Source of the DNA: a virus
Virus record (IMG/VR): IMGVR_UViG_3300021440_000017
Location: 523-64,522 of that record
Reading direction: 5' to 3' (one strand)
DNA: 64,000 nucleotides
Every line of letters starts with the position of its first letter. Positions within the stretch are counted from its first letter, which is position 1. The notes below the pieces were generated by a model that worked only from the letters and a program-made list of their open reading frames with translations, was not told the DNA's origin and ran no database searches. Positions 26,315 to 35,273 of the stretch are shown here, piece after piece. The translations under genes were made by a program, and so were the position numbers.

Positions 26315-26327
26315 GTTGATATTGGTG
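26315..26327 (-). promoter_or_regulatory. 13-bp intergenic motif CACCAATATCAAC, copy 2
   Basis: Identical to 9703-9715. Confidence 0.5.
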
Positions 26328-26369
26328 AACGTACTAGCAGTTGGGTTCTCTGGTGGTGGGGCCTCCTAG

Positions 26370-26630
26370 TTAGACAAGGTGAACGTGCTTGCGCAACGCG
26401 CGCATGACCTGGGAGTAGCCGTGCTTGTCGAACACGTCACGAACGAACGAGTTCTCTTCAGCGGACACGAACATCGCGGGCCTGTCAGCATCGAGTGCAG
26501 CTTCCAGTGCCGACTCGTTGTCCACGGGCTCGCCGCACTCGATGCCGCAAGTCACGCAGTCGCTGCCGATCTGCTCCCACACGGCGTAGCACACACGGCT
26601 CAGCCGGGCAATGACGGTGGCGTCGATCAT
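26370..26630 (-). CDS. hypothetical protein
   Basis: GGAGG SD. Confidence 0.6.
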   Translation of the reverse strand: MIDATVIARLSRVCYAVWEQIGSDCVTCGIECGEPVDNESALEAALDADRPAMFVSAEENSFVRDVFDKHGYSQVMRALRKHVHLV

Positions 26631-26902
26631 GATGCCTCCAGGGTCAGCGGGTAGCTCTTGCGCTCGCCGCCGAGGTCGATGATGAAGCCCGAGAACTGCA
26701 CGCGCGCGAGCTTCCGTGCTTTGCACGTGGGGCACCACGTGTAGGTACCGTTCTCCCAAAACGTGGGGCTCTCGGTATCGCCGGGGATCACGTGGCCGTG
26801 TTCGGCGCAGGTGATGACTCCGGTGCCACGAGGTTGCGGGTCAGCGATGATGCCCGCACGAACGAGCTTCAGCACTTGTGAGGGACGGTAGACGGTTGTC
26901 AT
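26627..26902 (-). CDS. zinc-ribbon-like hypothetical protein
   Basis: CAEHGH...WCPTC. Confidence 0.55.
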   Translation of the reverse strand: MTTVYRPSQVLKLVRAGIIADPQPRGTGVITCAEHGHVIPGDTESPTFWENGTYTWCPTCKARKLARVQFSGFIIDLGGERKSYPLTLEAS

Positions 26903-27267
26903 TTGGGTTTCCCATTGGTGACCAGCGCTGCTAGCGCCAGTAGCTGCCAAATCCATACGGAGAATTCGGCGTTGAAGTACGTGCAGGCCAGAGACACGGC
27001 GCACGCGACATTGGCGATTGCTGCTGCCCGTGCTCCGTACCACGGAGGCAGCACCACGAAGTACGTTGCGAGTTCCATCGTGAAACTCGCCAACGCGCGA
27101 CCCAACGTGAAGCCCTTGGAGTGCATGTACGCGAAGTCCAGCACGGTGAACAGCAGGGCTGTCACGAGGTACGCGGCTCTCGTGATTTCCGGGTCACCGA
27201 AGTGCCGGGCACGAGAGAAGAACCAGAGCCGAAGGTGGTCGGCTACCAGGGCGGTCACGAAGGTCAT
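26899..27267 (-). CDS. multi-pass membrane protein
   Basis: three to four hydrophobic segments. Confidence 0.6.
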   Translation of the reverse strand: MTFVTALVADHLRLWFFSRARHFGDPEITRAAYLVTALLFTVLDFAYMHSKGFTLGRALASFTMELATYFVVLPPWYGARAAAIANVACAVSLACTYFNAEFSVWIWQLLALAALVTNGKPK

Positions 27268-27854
27268 GACAGCCACTCGATGCGGATGCGACGGCCCCGG
27301 AGCTTGCCGCGATGGCGCCGGTGAAACGCCTCGGCATCCCGCAGCGCCGTGAAGCGGAGTTCGCACCGGTTGTCGCGGCTGCGCACACGGAGCCCAGTGG
27401 CGACGAACTTGATTGCGTACGTCCAGACTTGGCGGTCTTCCACGTAGTCATCGTCGTCCCCGTCGTCGGGGTACCAGGGCTCGTCGTGCTCGCGCAACTC
27501 GTCGAGTTCGGCGGCCAGCGCGTCGTTGATCTCCCGGCGGCAGCCACGGCACCGGTAGTACACGGGTCCGGCCATGCCCTCGTCAGGGTCACGCATGGCG
27601 AACAGCGGCGTGTCGCCGGTGCCACACCGGTCGCAGCGCCCGATGAACGCGCCGCCGTCCATCGCGGCTTTCTCCGTGCGGTACCGCTCCAGGCACTCCG
27701 CGCACACGTCGAAGTATTCGGCACCGAACGAGTCGGTTTCGCCCTGGATGCGAGCCACCGCACGGCGGTCGTCGTGGTCATCACACACGGCGTCATCGGG
27801 CAGCCGGACATGCGCACCCGGCAGCGTGGAAACGGGTCCAGAAACGTGAGCCAC
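27264..27854 (-). CDS. Cys-rich zinc-finger phage protein
   Basis: CDDH...QGETDSFG...CAEC...CDRC...CRGC; AAAGGAGG SD, GTG start. Confidence 0.7.
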   Translation of the reverse strand: MAHVSGPVSTLPGAHVRLPDDAVCDDHDDRRAVARIQGETDSFGAEYFDVCAECLERYRTEKAAMDGGAFIGRCDRCGTGDTPLFAMRDPDEGMAGPVYYRCRGCRREINDALAAELDELREHDEPWYPDDGDDDDYVEDRQVWTYAIKFVATGLRVRSRDNRCELRFTALRDAEAFHRRHRGKLRGRRIRIEWLS

Positions 27855-27998
27855 AATGGGCCTCCTTTCAGCGTCGGAAGAAGATGGTGACGAACGTCGT
27901 GGTGTCGTGCTGCACACGGCACGCCTCGACGACGAAAAACGAGAACCGGAGCGGTATGCAGCACAACGCCCGGGTGAACAGCGAGTCGCGGCGCGCGA

Positions 27999-28361
27999 TC
28001 ACGATGCGGCCTCCTGCGGAATCACGAACCGCAACATGATGCTGCCCGTGTACAGAACTTCGATGCGCACGGCCACGTGCTTGCCGAGCCCGAGGTTGCG
28101 GTGGTACTCGGCGTCGCCAGCCAGATGCTTGCCCATGCCGTGCTTGCTCTGGTACCAACGAAACCGCTGGGCCACCTTGGTGTTCAGCATCGCCAGCAGC
28201 GGCTCGAAGTCTTCGACCCGGAGCTTCGAGCCCCACACGCGGTAGCTGATTTCCGTGGCCGATGCCGTCTTGTTCGACAACGGCAGCCCGAAGTCAGCGG
28301 CGTGCTTCTCGACCACGTGGGCCATGCGCTTGATCGTCGTCAGCGAAACTTCGTCAGTCAT
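27999..28361 (-). CDS. hypothetical protein
   Basis: GGAGGG SD. Confidence 0.6.
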   Translation of the reverse strand: MTDEVSLTTIKRMAHVVEKHAADFGLPLSNKTASATEISYRVWGSKLRVEDFEPLLAMLNTKVAQRFRWYQSKHGMGKHLAGDAEYHRNLGLGKHVAVRIEVLYTGSIMLRFVIPQEAAS

Positions 28362-29032
28362 GTGCCCTCCGGCAATTTCATGGACTTGACCACGGCAGCG
28401 AATGCCTGTGGCGCGGTAGCAGCAGAGAAGTACCCGTCATCGGCCATGCGGTACACGACTCCAGGCACCTCGTTGTACACGTGAATGACGCCGACCGACT
28501 CACCGCCCGGCGCGTACACCACGTACGCGGTACCCGCATGCGGCGTGCCCGAGCCAATCGGAAACCGCTCTTGCACGCGAAGTTCCACTGAAGTGCCCCG
28601 GTGTTGCACCACCGCCTTCTTCTCGGTGACGATGCACGGGGAGCCCGAAGTTCGCGCCGCGTCGAATGCCGTGGCCCTTTCGGTCATCGCCGCGAAGTCT
28701 GCGTGCTCGGCCACGATGGCCGCACGCCACTGCCCGTGATTCCCGTTCGCGTGCGCCACGCGCAGCCGCTTCAGCAGACGATGGTCAGCCAGGGTGTCGG
28801 TGTCGCCCCTGATGCGTGCAGCACGCGAGTACCAGCCTTCGCGGTACCTCATCACACGCTCGGAACCGGACAGCCTGTCGATGCCACCGTCAGGGTACAG
28901 CACTGCGATGTTCGTGTCCGACACGTACACCACGGCTTCGTCATCAGGCCGTCCGTCGTGGAACAGCAAGTCCGCTTTCAGCCAGTTGCGGCTCAGCAGG
29001 CTGCGATTCGCAAGTTGTTGTTCTTGGTTCAT
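28358..29032 (-). CDS. hypothetical protein
   Basis: MNQEQQLANR...; GGAGG SD. Confidence 0.65.
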   Translation of the reverse strand: MNQEQQLANRSLLSRNWLKADLLFHDGRPDDEAVVYVSDTNIAVLYPDGGIDRLSGSERVMRYREGWYSRAARIRGDTDTLADHRLLKRLRVAHANGNHGQWRAAIVAEHADFAAMTERATAFDAARTSGSPCIVTEKKAVVQHRGTSVELRVQERFPIGSGTPHAGTAYVVYAPGGESVGVIHVYNEVPGVVYRMADDGYFSAATAPQAFAAVVKSMKLPEGT

Positions 29033-29043
29033 GTTGCCTCCGC

Positions 29044-29421
29044 TCAGAACAAATGGTGCGCGAGCTTGGCGAATGCGACGTTCGCCCTGGACGCATAATC
29101 GTGAACATACGAGCCGGGTGCGACGCACGCGCGCGCAATGTAATAGGTGCCTCGGCGCGCTTGCTTCTCGAAGACTTCGACACGGCAGCGGCCCACGCTG
29201 GCAATGCCGATCCGCTTCAAGTTCAGGCCCTTCGTAGCGTCGTCGAACTTGAACTTCACGTTCTTCACGATTCCACGACACCGAACAGCACGCACCACGG
29301 TGCCCGTCCAGTATTGGGTGCCTTCCAGCGCCGGCAGATCGCGCACAGCGTTGGCCTCTGCCAGATCGCACAGCGCAGTGTGATGGCCCTGAATCACGCT
29401 TCCACAGTCATAGCACTTCAT
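29044..29421 (-). CDS. hypothetical protein, first gene after promoter D
   Basis: MKCYDCG...; AAGGA SD. Confidence 0.65.
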   Translation of the reverse strand: MKCYDCGSVIQGHHTALCDLAEANAVRDLPALEGTQYWTGTVVRAVRCRGIVKNVKFKFDDATKGLNLKRIGIASVGRCRVEVFEKQARRGTYYIARACVAPGSYVHDYASRANVAFAKLAHHLF

Positions 29422-29433
29422 GATTGTCCTTCC

Positions 29434-29521
29434 GTTGAAATTTCCAAGTTGGTTTCCGGTGCGGTTTTCAGCGTTGACCTACCGTTGACCACATTTTACC
29501 AGAAAAAACCGGGGTCGGCAA
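29434..29521 (-). promoter_or_regulatory. sigma70-type promoter D plus conserved structured leader
   Basis: TTGCCG-17-TAAAAT with TG extension; leader stem GCTGAAA/TTTCAAC enclosing ACC...AACTTGGAAA. Confidence 0.8.
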
Positions 29522-29728
29522 GTGGCAAACCGCACGTTTTTCGACCGTACGCGAGCGAACTTGGAAATTCCACACGGTGGGCCACCTACGTGAACCACCG
29601 GATTTTCCGCGTCCCCGTGTTTCCGTACGGCAAGCGCCAGCGGCGTCTCCGGCGGCCCACGGTGGCCGGTGATTGCCGTGCCAATGTCGCCTGTTGGCAC
29701 CCCGTTTTTCACCCCGTTTTGTGGACCG

Positions 29729-29736
29729 TAATTTCA
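29729..29736 (+). promoter_or_regulatory. candidate late-promoter motif TAATTTCA (also 34787, 48298, 58015)
   Basis: AT-rich 8-mer recurring upstream of structural genes in a GC-rich genome. Confidence 0.45.
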
Positions 29737-29815
29737 CGTCGGACAACGGTGGCGGATGCCGCACACGGAACCCGTACCCAAGTCTTGATCCCTCAACCAT
29801 GCAAGGAGTTCAACG

Positions 29816-31480
29816 ATGACCCGGAAAGCGATTCTCCAACGGGCTCACGTCTTGAACGCTGCCAGCTTGCAGGCCGCCGCAGCCATGGCTGTCGTGGCGA
29901 CGACGGAAGCGCAACCTCCGAAGGCGGAAACCGCAAGTTTCAAGTGCGGTGACTGCTCGACGATCTTCGCTTCCAACGCCGACACCCAGCCGTTCTGCGT
30001 GTCCTGCGGTTCGCAACACGTGAAAGCGGAGGCCAGCGATGGTCTGCCGCCGGAAACCCTCCCCGGGGATTCCGAGCTTTCGGCTTACGTGTGTGCGTCG
30101 TGCGGCATCTACAACGTGCTGGCTTCCGTTCACGTGAAGGAACTGGAAACGCATGCTCACTGTGTCGCTTGCGGCACGGCGCATGCCTTCAACCTCACGG
30201 CAGAAGCCGACGACGATGCCCAGCAGCAGCAAGACGACGAGCAAGGTGCCGACGACGGCGCCGGTGCCCAGCAGCAGCAAGAAGCGACAACGGTGGACCC
30301 GGCAGCAGCGGCAGCAGCCGCCAAGGCCGCGGAAACCAAGCCGGCGTCTCCGGTGGAAGCCGGCGGCGGGCTCGCCAACTTCGGCGACAAGAAGGCTCCG
30401 CCGATCACCGCCACCGAAGACCTGAACGAACCCATCGACGAGAAGGTGGAACGTGGCCTGGACGGCGGCATCGCCGGCGAGCAGACCGCTTCGGGACCCG
30501 CGTGCGCAGCCGACCAGCAAGGTCAGCAACAGGGCCAACAGCAAGGCCAACAAGCCAGCGACCAGCAACAACAAGACCCGGGCACGGACGTGGAAACCGT
30601 TCCGCTGGCCGACGACGAGTTGCTGCAGGACAACGGCGGACAACAGCAACAAGACCAGGGCCAAGCCGTGGAAATGTCGCTGCTGGCGGCCGCGCTGCAA
30701 GCCGACCCCAAGGCGAAGCTCTCGCTGGTGCACGCCGGCACGCGCATCCTCGCGCTCGTCAACGACCTGCATGTGGCGACACTGCAACAGGACGCTGTGG
30801 CCGAGTTCGCCGGCGTGTTCGACAAGGCACCGTTCGCGCAGTCGATCCTGCACGCGGCAGCCGACAAGGGCGTGCTCGCGGCGCTGCACGACTACGGCTT
30901 CACCATGAAGAAGCTGGTCATCCCGCTGACGGCATCGGTGAGCGCACTCGTGCGCGCCGGCGTCGCGGAGAAGACGAAATCGCTGGAGGCGGTGACCGCT
31001 TCGCTGGCGGAAGACCTGAAGCAGTCCCTGTCCATCGCGGCGGTCGGTCTGAACAAGGGCTTCTGGAAGTCGAAGAGCAACCCGCTGAAGGCAGCGATGG
31101 CGCAGACCCTGGCGAATCTCGGCGTCGGCAACCCCAACCGGGTGGTCGCGTCGGTGTTCGCGTCGGCGGGAGACCAGTACATCAAGCTGCTGCTCGCCAC
31201 TGCGCTCGAACTGTCGCAGAAGCCTGTCGAAGTCCGCAACGAAATCGCGACGACCCTCGGGGACATCGCGGTGCAAGCGGAAGCAGGACCTGACGACGAG
31301 GAAGACGAGGACAACGACGGCGATCACGAGTTCCGTGCATCGGCGGCGACGTTCGACGTTCCGGCCACGCCGCTCAAGGCCCCTGTCACCGCTTCGACGG
31401 ATCGTTCCCCTGCCAAGGTCACCAGCATTCGCGCGATCCGCGCGAGCGTCGGTGGTCCCCTCTTCACCAAGCGCGCCTGA
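29816..31480 (+). CDS. probable prohead core/scaffolding protein with CxxC zinc motifs and Gln-rich linker
   Basis: Directly upstream of decoration and capsid genes; four CxxC; QQQG repeats; acidic. Confidence 0.6.
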   Translation: MTRKAILQRAHVLNAASLQAAAAMAVVATTEAQPPKAETASFKCGDCSTIFASNADTQPFCVSCGSQHVKAEASDGLPPETLPGDSELSAYVCASCGIYNVLASVHVKELETHAHCVACGTAHAFNLTAEADDDAQQQQDDEQGADDGAGAQQQQEATTVDPAAAAAAAKAAETKPASPVEAGGGLANFGDKKAPPITATEDLNEPIDEKVERGLDGGIAGEQTASGPACAADQQGQQQGQQQGQQASDQQQQDPGTDVETVPLADDELLQDNGGQQQQDQGQAVEMSLLAAALQADPKAKLSLVHAGTRILALVNDLHVATLQQDAVAEFAGVFDKAPFAQSILHAAADKGVLAALHDYGFTMKKLVIPLTASVSALVRAGVAEKTKSLEAVTASLAEDLKQSLSIAAVGLNKGFWKSKSNPLKAAMAQTLANLGVGNPNRVVASVFASAGDQYIKLLLATALELSQKPVEVRNEIATTLGDIAVQAEAGPDDEEDEDNDGDHEFRASAATFDVPATPLKAPVTASTDRSPAKVTSIRAIRASVGGPLFTKRA

Positions 31481-31496
31481 GCGCCAAGGAGCAACC

Positions 31497-32192
31497 ATGC
31501 TGCTGTTTCCCAACACACGTCACGACGGCTCGTACGAGCGTCCCCTCGCCGCCGGCGTCGTCATCGAAGCCGAAGGCCAAGCGCTGATCGGCGTGTACAC
31601 GGCCGGTGTCTTCGGCGTCAAGCCGAGCACCGGCGCCGCGAACGAAGTGTTCGCCGGCGTGAGCCTGAGCCGTCCGATCTCGCCGACGCACATGCCCGTG
31701 GTCGAACGTCTGACGGTGCCGGCTTCCGGCGTCGTCGCACTGAAGGCCGCCCCCGTGGCCGGCTCGGCGCGCATCGCCAACGCCGCGTCCAACGCGGTGT
31801 TCACGCAAGTCGCGGGCGCCCCGGCAGCCGCGACCGAAGTGAAGGTGGACGCCACCGCATCGCTGACCTTCCAGGCCGCCATCGCCGGCACCGTGGTCAT
31901 CGCCACGTACCTGCGTGACCTGACCGTCGCGCAATCCCTGATGGTGCAAGGCAACCAGGACATCGGCGGACCGGCCGGCGCGTACTTCGGCCAAGTCGGC
32001 CTGATCGTGCGCGGCGACGTGTACACCGACCAGTTCGACACCACGGCCGACTGGTCCAACCCCGTCGATCTGCGCCTGGGTGCGAACGGCAAGTTCACCA
32101 TCGGCGGAACCGGCACCAAGGTGCCCGGCTACGTGCTCGCCACCCCGGTGGAAGGTGCCGCATTCCTGGGCATCCACATCAACGCCGCCTGA
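31497..32192 (+). CDS. probable head decoration/structural protein
   Basis: Position between scaffold and capsid; Ala/Gly/Val beta-rich; AAGGAG SD. Confidence 0.55.
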   Translation: MLLFPNTRHDGSYERPLAAGVVIEAEGQALIGVYTAGVFGVKPSTGAANEVFAGVSLSRPISPTHMPVVERLTVPASGVVALKAAPVAGSARIANAASNAVFTQVAGAPAAATEVKVDATASLTFQAAIAGTVVIATYLRDLTVAQSLMVQGNQDIGGPAGAYFGQVGLIVRGDVYTDQFDTTADWSNPVDLRLGANGKFTIGGTGTKVPGYVLATPVEGAAFLGIHINAA

Positions 32193-32224
32193 TCGTCGGT
32201 CACACCCTCCAAGGAGATTTCAAC

Positions 32225-33310
32225 ATGAAGCACAGCATCAAGGGTCTGACATTCAGCACCCCCGTCGTGGCGGCAACCGCCCTCAACCGTGGTCGCGGCT
32301 CCGAACGCTTCGTCGCCAGCAACGGCGATCTGAACGCGAGCAGCAAGAAGGACCTGCTGCAACAAGCGGCGGCGTTCCTGACGCTCGCGTCGCAGACCGG
32401 CGCGGTGCCCGAAGCCGAAGCCGTGTCGGCCGAAGCGCTCGCCAAGGCGCACAAGCAGATGATGACGGCGGCGACGCAAGACCCCACCGCGCACAAGGAG
32501 CTCGGCGAGGTCATGGCCGACGAACTGTACCAGGCAGCCAACCGCGAAGGTTTCGCGCGGCGCTTCCTGGCGAAGCAGACGCTCGGCCAGGGCCAGACCC
32601 CGCGTGTCCACATGCGCATGAAGAACGTCACGGCGGCCATCAGCACGAGCGCGACGCAGACGCACACGCAACTCGTCCGCGACAACCTGTACACGCCCCC
32701 GGAGTTCTACAACCAGACCCGGCCGTTCGTCGAGATGAAGGACATCGTCACGGCGACCGGCGACGTGCTGGAAGAGAAGTTCGTCGAAGCGACCGAGGGC
32801 ATGGGCGTCCAGGAAGACCGCACGTGGCGGAACCTGTGTCTCCAGACCGTCGGCATCGACAACGACCCGGTGACGTTCTTCGGCTCGATGACCGCCAGCG
32901 GCCTGATGAACCTGCGCAACCAGGTGTCGCGCTGGAACCTGCCGGTGGCCTACTGGCTGGTCGCCAACGACATCTGGAACGACATCGTGGGCGATTCCAG
33001 CTTCCAGCAGGTGATCGACCCGGTGTCCAAGCACGAACTGCTGCTGACGGGCCAACTCGGCGTGATCTACGGCATGACCGTGATCTCCGACGCCTACCGT
33101 CACCCGCAGCACCGCGTGATCGACCAGGGCGAAATGTGGTGCATCGCCGATGCCGTCAACCACGGCATGATGACGGATCGCGGCGGCATCGAGTCGAGCC
33201 CGATCGACGTGTCCATCGAAGGCATCCCCGGCCGTGGCTGGCACATGGTGGCGCTGCTGTCCATGGTCGTCGCCAACTCGCGCTCGGTCGTGCGCGGTCG
33301 TCGCGTCTGA
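32225..33310 (+). CDS. major capsid protein (HK97-like)
   Basis: Size, strong SD, high codon bias, position in head module; recalled similarity to capsids of large myoviruses, not searched. Confidence 0.75.
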   Translation: MKHSIKGLTFSTPVVAATALNRGRGSERFVASNGDLNASSKKDLLQQAAAFLTLASQTGAVPEAEAVSAEALAKAHKQMMTAATQDPTAHKELGEVMADELYQAANREGFARRFLAKQTLGQGQTPRVHMRMKNVTAAISTSATQTHTQLVRDNLYTPPEFYNQTRPFVEMKDIVTATGDVLEEKFVEATEGMGVQEDRTWRNLCLQTVGIDNDPVTFFGSMTASGLMNLRNQVSRWNLPVAYWLVANDIWNDIVGDSSFQQVIDPVSKHELLLTGQLGVIYGMTVISDAYRHPQHRVIDQGEMWCIADAVNHGMMTDRGGIESSPIDVSIEGIPGRGWHMVALLSMVVANSRSVVRGRRV

Positions 33311-33362
33311 TCTCCAGGGTGGGGACTAGTCCCCACTCGCTCAACCCTCACAGGAGAAACAG

Positions 33363-33851
33363 ATGAAGACGACGTACTTCAAGTCGAAGGAAATGGTGAT
33401 CGCGGCGTGCGCGCTGCTTCGCCAAGGTCAGCACGCCAAGGCCGGCGCCGCGCTGATGAAGGCCAGCCAGATGCCGGACTTCGAGGACATGGTCGAGGAC
33501 ATGAACGACCAGCAGCAGCAAGCGCAGCAAGCCGCTGCCGAAGCTGCGGCCGCCGCCAAGAAGGGCGACCCGAAGGAGAAGCAGGTGTCCGCGCTGGCGT
33601 CCATCGTCGAAGGCATGGCCGACGGCGTGAACGACATCGGCATCGACGACCTGCTGGAAGACCTGGACTACGAGCCGGGCGACGAGCCGCCGGAGCAGGA
33701 AGAAGTCGGCGTGGACGCGCCAGGGAACCCCGGTTCCGTGAACGTCGATGTCGATGACGACCGTCCGGAAACGGCATCGCTGTCGCCGGCGCGTCAGCGG
33801 CTGATGCGCGCGCAGGCGAACCTCCAGGTGCTGACGAAGCGCGGCAAGTAA
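33363..33851 (+). CDS. acidic hypothetical protein (head module)
   Basis: AGGAG SD. Confidence 0.7.
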   Translation: MKTTYFKSKEMVIAACALLRQGQHAKAGAALMKASQMPDFEDMVEDMNDQQQQAQQAAAEAAAAAKKGDPKEKQVSALASIVEGMADGVNDIGIDDLLEDLDYEPGDEPPEQEEVGVDAPGNPGSVNVDVDDDRPETASLSPARQRLMRAQANLQVLTKRGK

Positions 33852-33884
33852 GCGCCTGCTGCGCCGCTCGTGGCTGCTTCGAGA

Positions 33885-33925
33885 AGCCCTGTGAGTGTTC
33901 TTCGCTCACAGGGCTTTCTTCGTTT
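33885..33925 (+). terminator. rho-independent terminator after head genes
   Basis: AGCCCTGTGAG-N9-CTCACAGGGCT followed by TTCTTCGTTT. Confidence 0.85.
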
Positions 33926-33936
33926 ACGGAGTGACA

Positions 33937-34650
33937 ATGCGCACCGTTGAACAACAACCCGCCCCTGTAGAAGAAGAGGTGATCCGCGGCCTCATGAAGA
34001 TGCTGTCGGAGACGTTTAACGTCGTGGACGGTTCTTCCTTGTTCTACGGCCCCTCAAGCACGAAGATGATCGCAGCGAACCAGCAGCGGTTGAAGACCGC
34101 TGGCAAGTCTCTGTCGTGGCCGATCATGTTCGTGAAACTCTCAGCAGCGTCCCGGAACCTTCAGGTACCAGGGTACAACCAGAAGTCGCTTGCCCGTCAT
34201 GGCGTGTACGTGACCCGGGACAACGGCGACCGCAGCTACATGCGCAAGCTCCATCCCATGCGAGTGGACATGGAGTTCGAGATCGCGTACCTCATCGACG
34301 ATCAACGTAAAGCCCTGAGATTCGTCAGCGACTGGATGACACTCGGCCAGGAGAACCGGCTGAACTTCACCGTGGCGTACTACGGTGTGGGCATCGACAT
34401 CGCCGTGGCCTTGTCTCCGGACATCACGGTGCCGGAGAAAGAGGGCAGCGTGGACGAAGCGTTGAACGTGTACGAGTTCGGCACGAGTCTCACCGTAGGC
34501 GGCTACATGACGGCGCAGCATGTGGACAACGACTCCGAAATCTTCCTCGTGAAATCCGTGAACGTCGGAGTGCAGCCCGTTGACGACGTAGATGCACTCG
34601 GCTCTTCCAAGATTCTGAACGCCGCACTCGCATACAGGAGCACCAGATGA
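33937..34650 (+). CDS. probable neck/tail terminator protein
   Basis: Position upstream of sheath; alternating beta pattern (RVDMEFEIAYL). Confidence 0.5.
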   Translation: MRTVEQQPAPVEEEVIRGLMKMLSETFNVVDGSSLFYGPSSTKMIAANQQRLKTAGKSLSWPIMFVKLSAASRNLQVPGYNQKSLARHGVYVTRDNGDRSYMRKLHPMRVDMEFEIAYLIDDQRKALRFVSDWMTLGQENRLNFTVAYYGVGIDIAVALSPDITVPEKEGSVDEALNVYEFGTSLTVGGYMTAQHVDNDSEIFLVKSVNVGVQPVDDVDALGSSKILNAALAYRSTR

Positions 34651-35045
34651 ACCTTCCGCCAACCGTCGTGGAGATGCCACTGCGGGATTCAGCACGTGTG
34701 CTGTACTTCGACCTCAAGGCTTACGAGTCCGGGCGCAAGTTCCACCGCAACGTGCTGGCCGCTCGCAACGCCGTGGCTCCGGCCGCTAATTTCATCACGG
34801 AGCAAACGCTGGTTGTTCCAAGCTCGTCAACCCCGACCGAGGCAACCCACACCTTTCAAGGTACACCGGGTAACGTCGTCACGGTCATGGCTGCAAGTGC
34901 CCCACTCCGAGTACGGGTCACGCGAGACACGGGGGTCTGCGACCTCGGCCTCCAGACTCTGATGATCCTTACATCGCCGTGCCTGAGCATTACCCTCGTC
35001 AACGAGAGTGCGCAACCCGTCGATGTGGAACTGATTCACGCCTAA
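34647..35045 (+). CDS. hypothetical structural protein
   Basis: ATGA overlap, AGGAG SD. Confidence 0.6.
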   Translation: MNLPPTVVEMPLRDSARVLYFDLKAYESGRKFHRNVLAARNAVAPAANFITEQTLVVPSSSTPTEATHTFQGTPGNVVTVMAASAPLRVRVTRDTGVCDLGLQTLMILTSPCLSITLVNESAQPVDVELIHA

Positions 35046-35062
35046 CCCATAGGAGAACGAAC

Positions 35063-35272
35063 ATGGCTGAAAAGCTATTGAACATGGGTCCGGTGTCCGT
35101 ACCAATCCCCGTCGTGAACGGTGATGGCGCACGGGACACCGTGACTCTCCAACCAGGTGGCCGGCTGACGCTGCCGCTGGGCTACAAAGTCGATCCGGGG
35201 TTCGCAGCCGCCGGTCATCCGAAGGTGTACGTGAACGGCACACCGATGGGCAACGTCAACAAGGGGGCCTGA
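35063..35272 (+). CDS. small hypothetical protein preceding sheath
   Basis: AGGAG SD. Confidence 0.6.
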   Translation: MAEKLLNMGPVSVPIPVVNGDGARDTVTLQPGGRLTLPLGYKVDPGFAAAGHPKVYVNGTPMGNVNKGA

Positions 35273-35273
35273 C

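Noticed and set aside
27868-28002. 44-aa ORF MIARRDSLF... filling the gap
   Set aside because: Overlapping GTG start is plausible but there is no motif; too weak to list as a feature
3605-29573. Repeated AACTTGGAAAT units as a CRISPR array or att sites
   Set aside because: Copies are kilobases apart and tied to promoters; no regular repeat-spacer array, no cas or integrase gene
29810-31516. 568-aa minus-strand ORF opposite the scaffold gene, and similar long shadow ORFs (32129-33244, 35256-36467, 59237-60442, 13236-14531, 16150-17076)
   Set aside because: Antisense frames of GC-biased genes; no SD or domain motifs, low-complexity R/G/H composition
10870-35050. CTAACCCA recurring at about 10880, 20025 and 35042 as a regulatory box
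   Set aside because: In two of three cases TAA is a stop codon, and strands and downstream contexts differ
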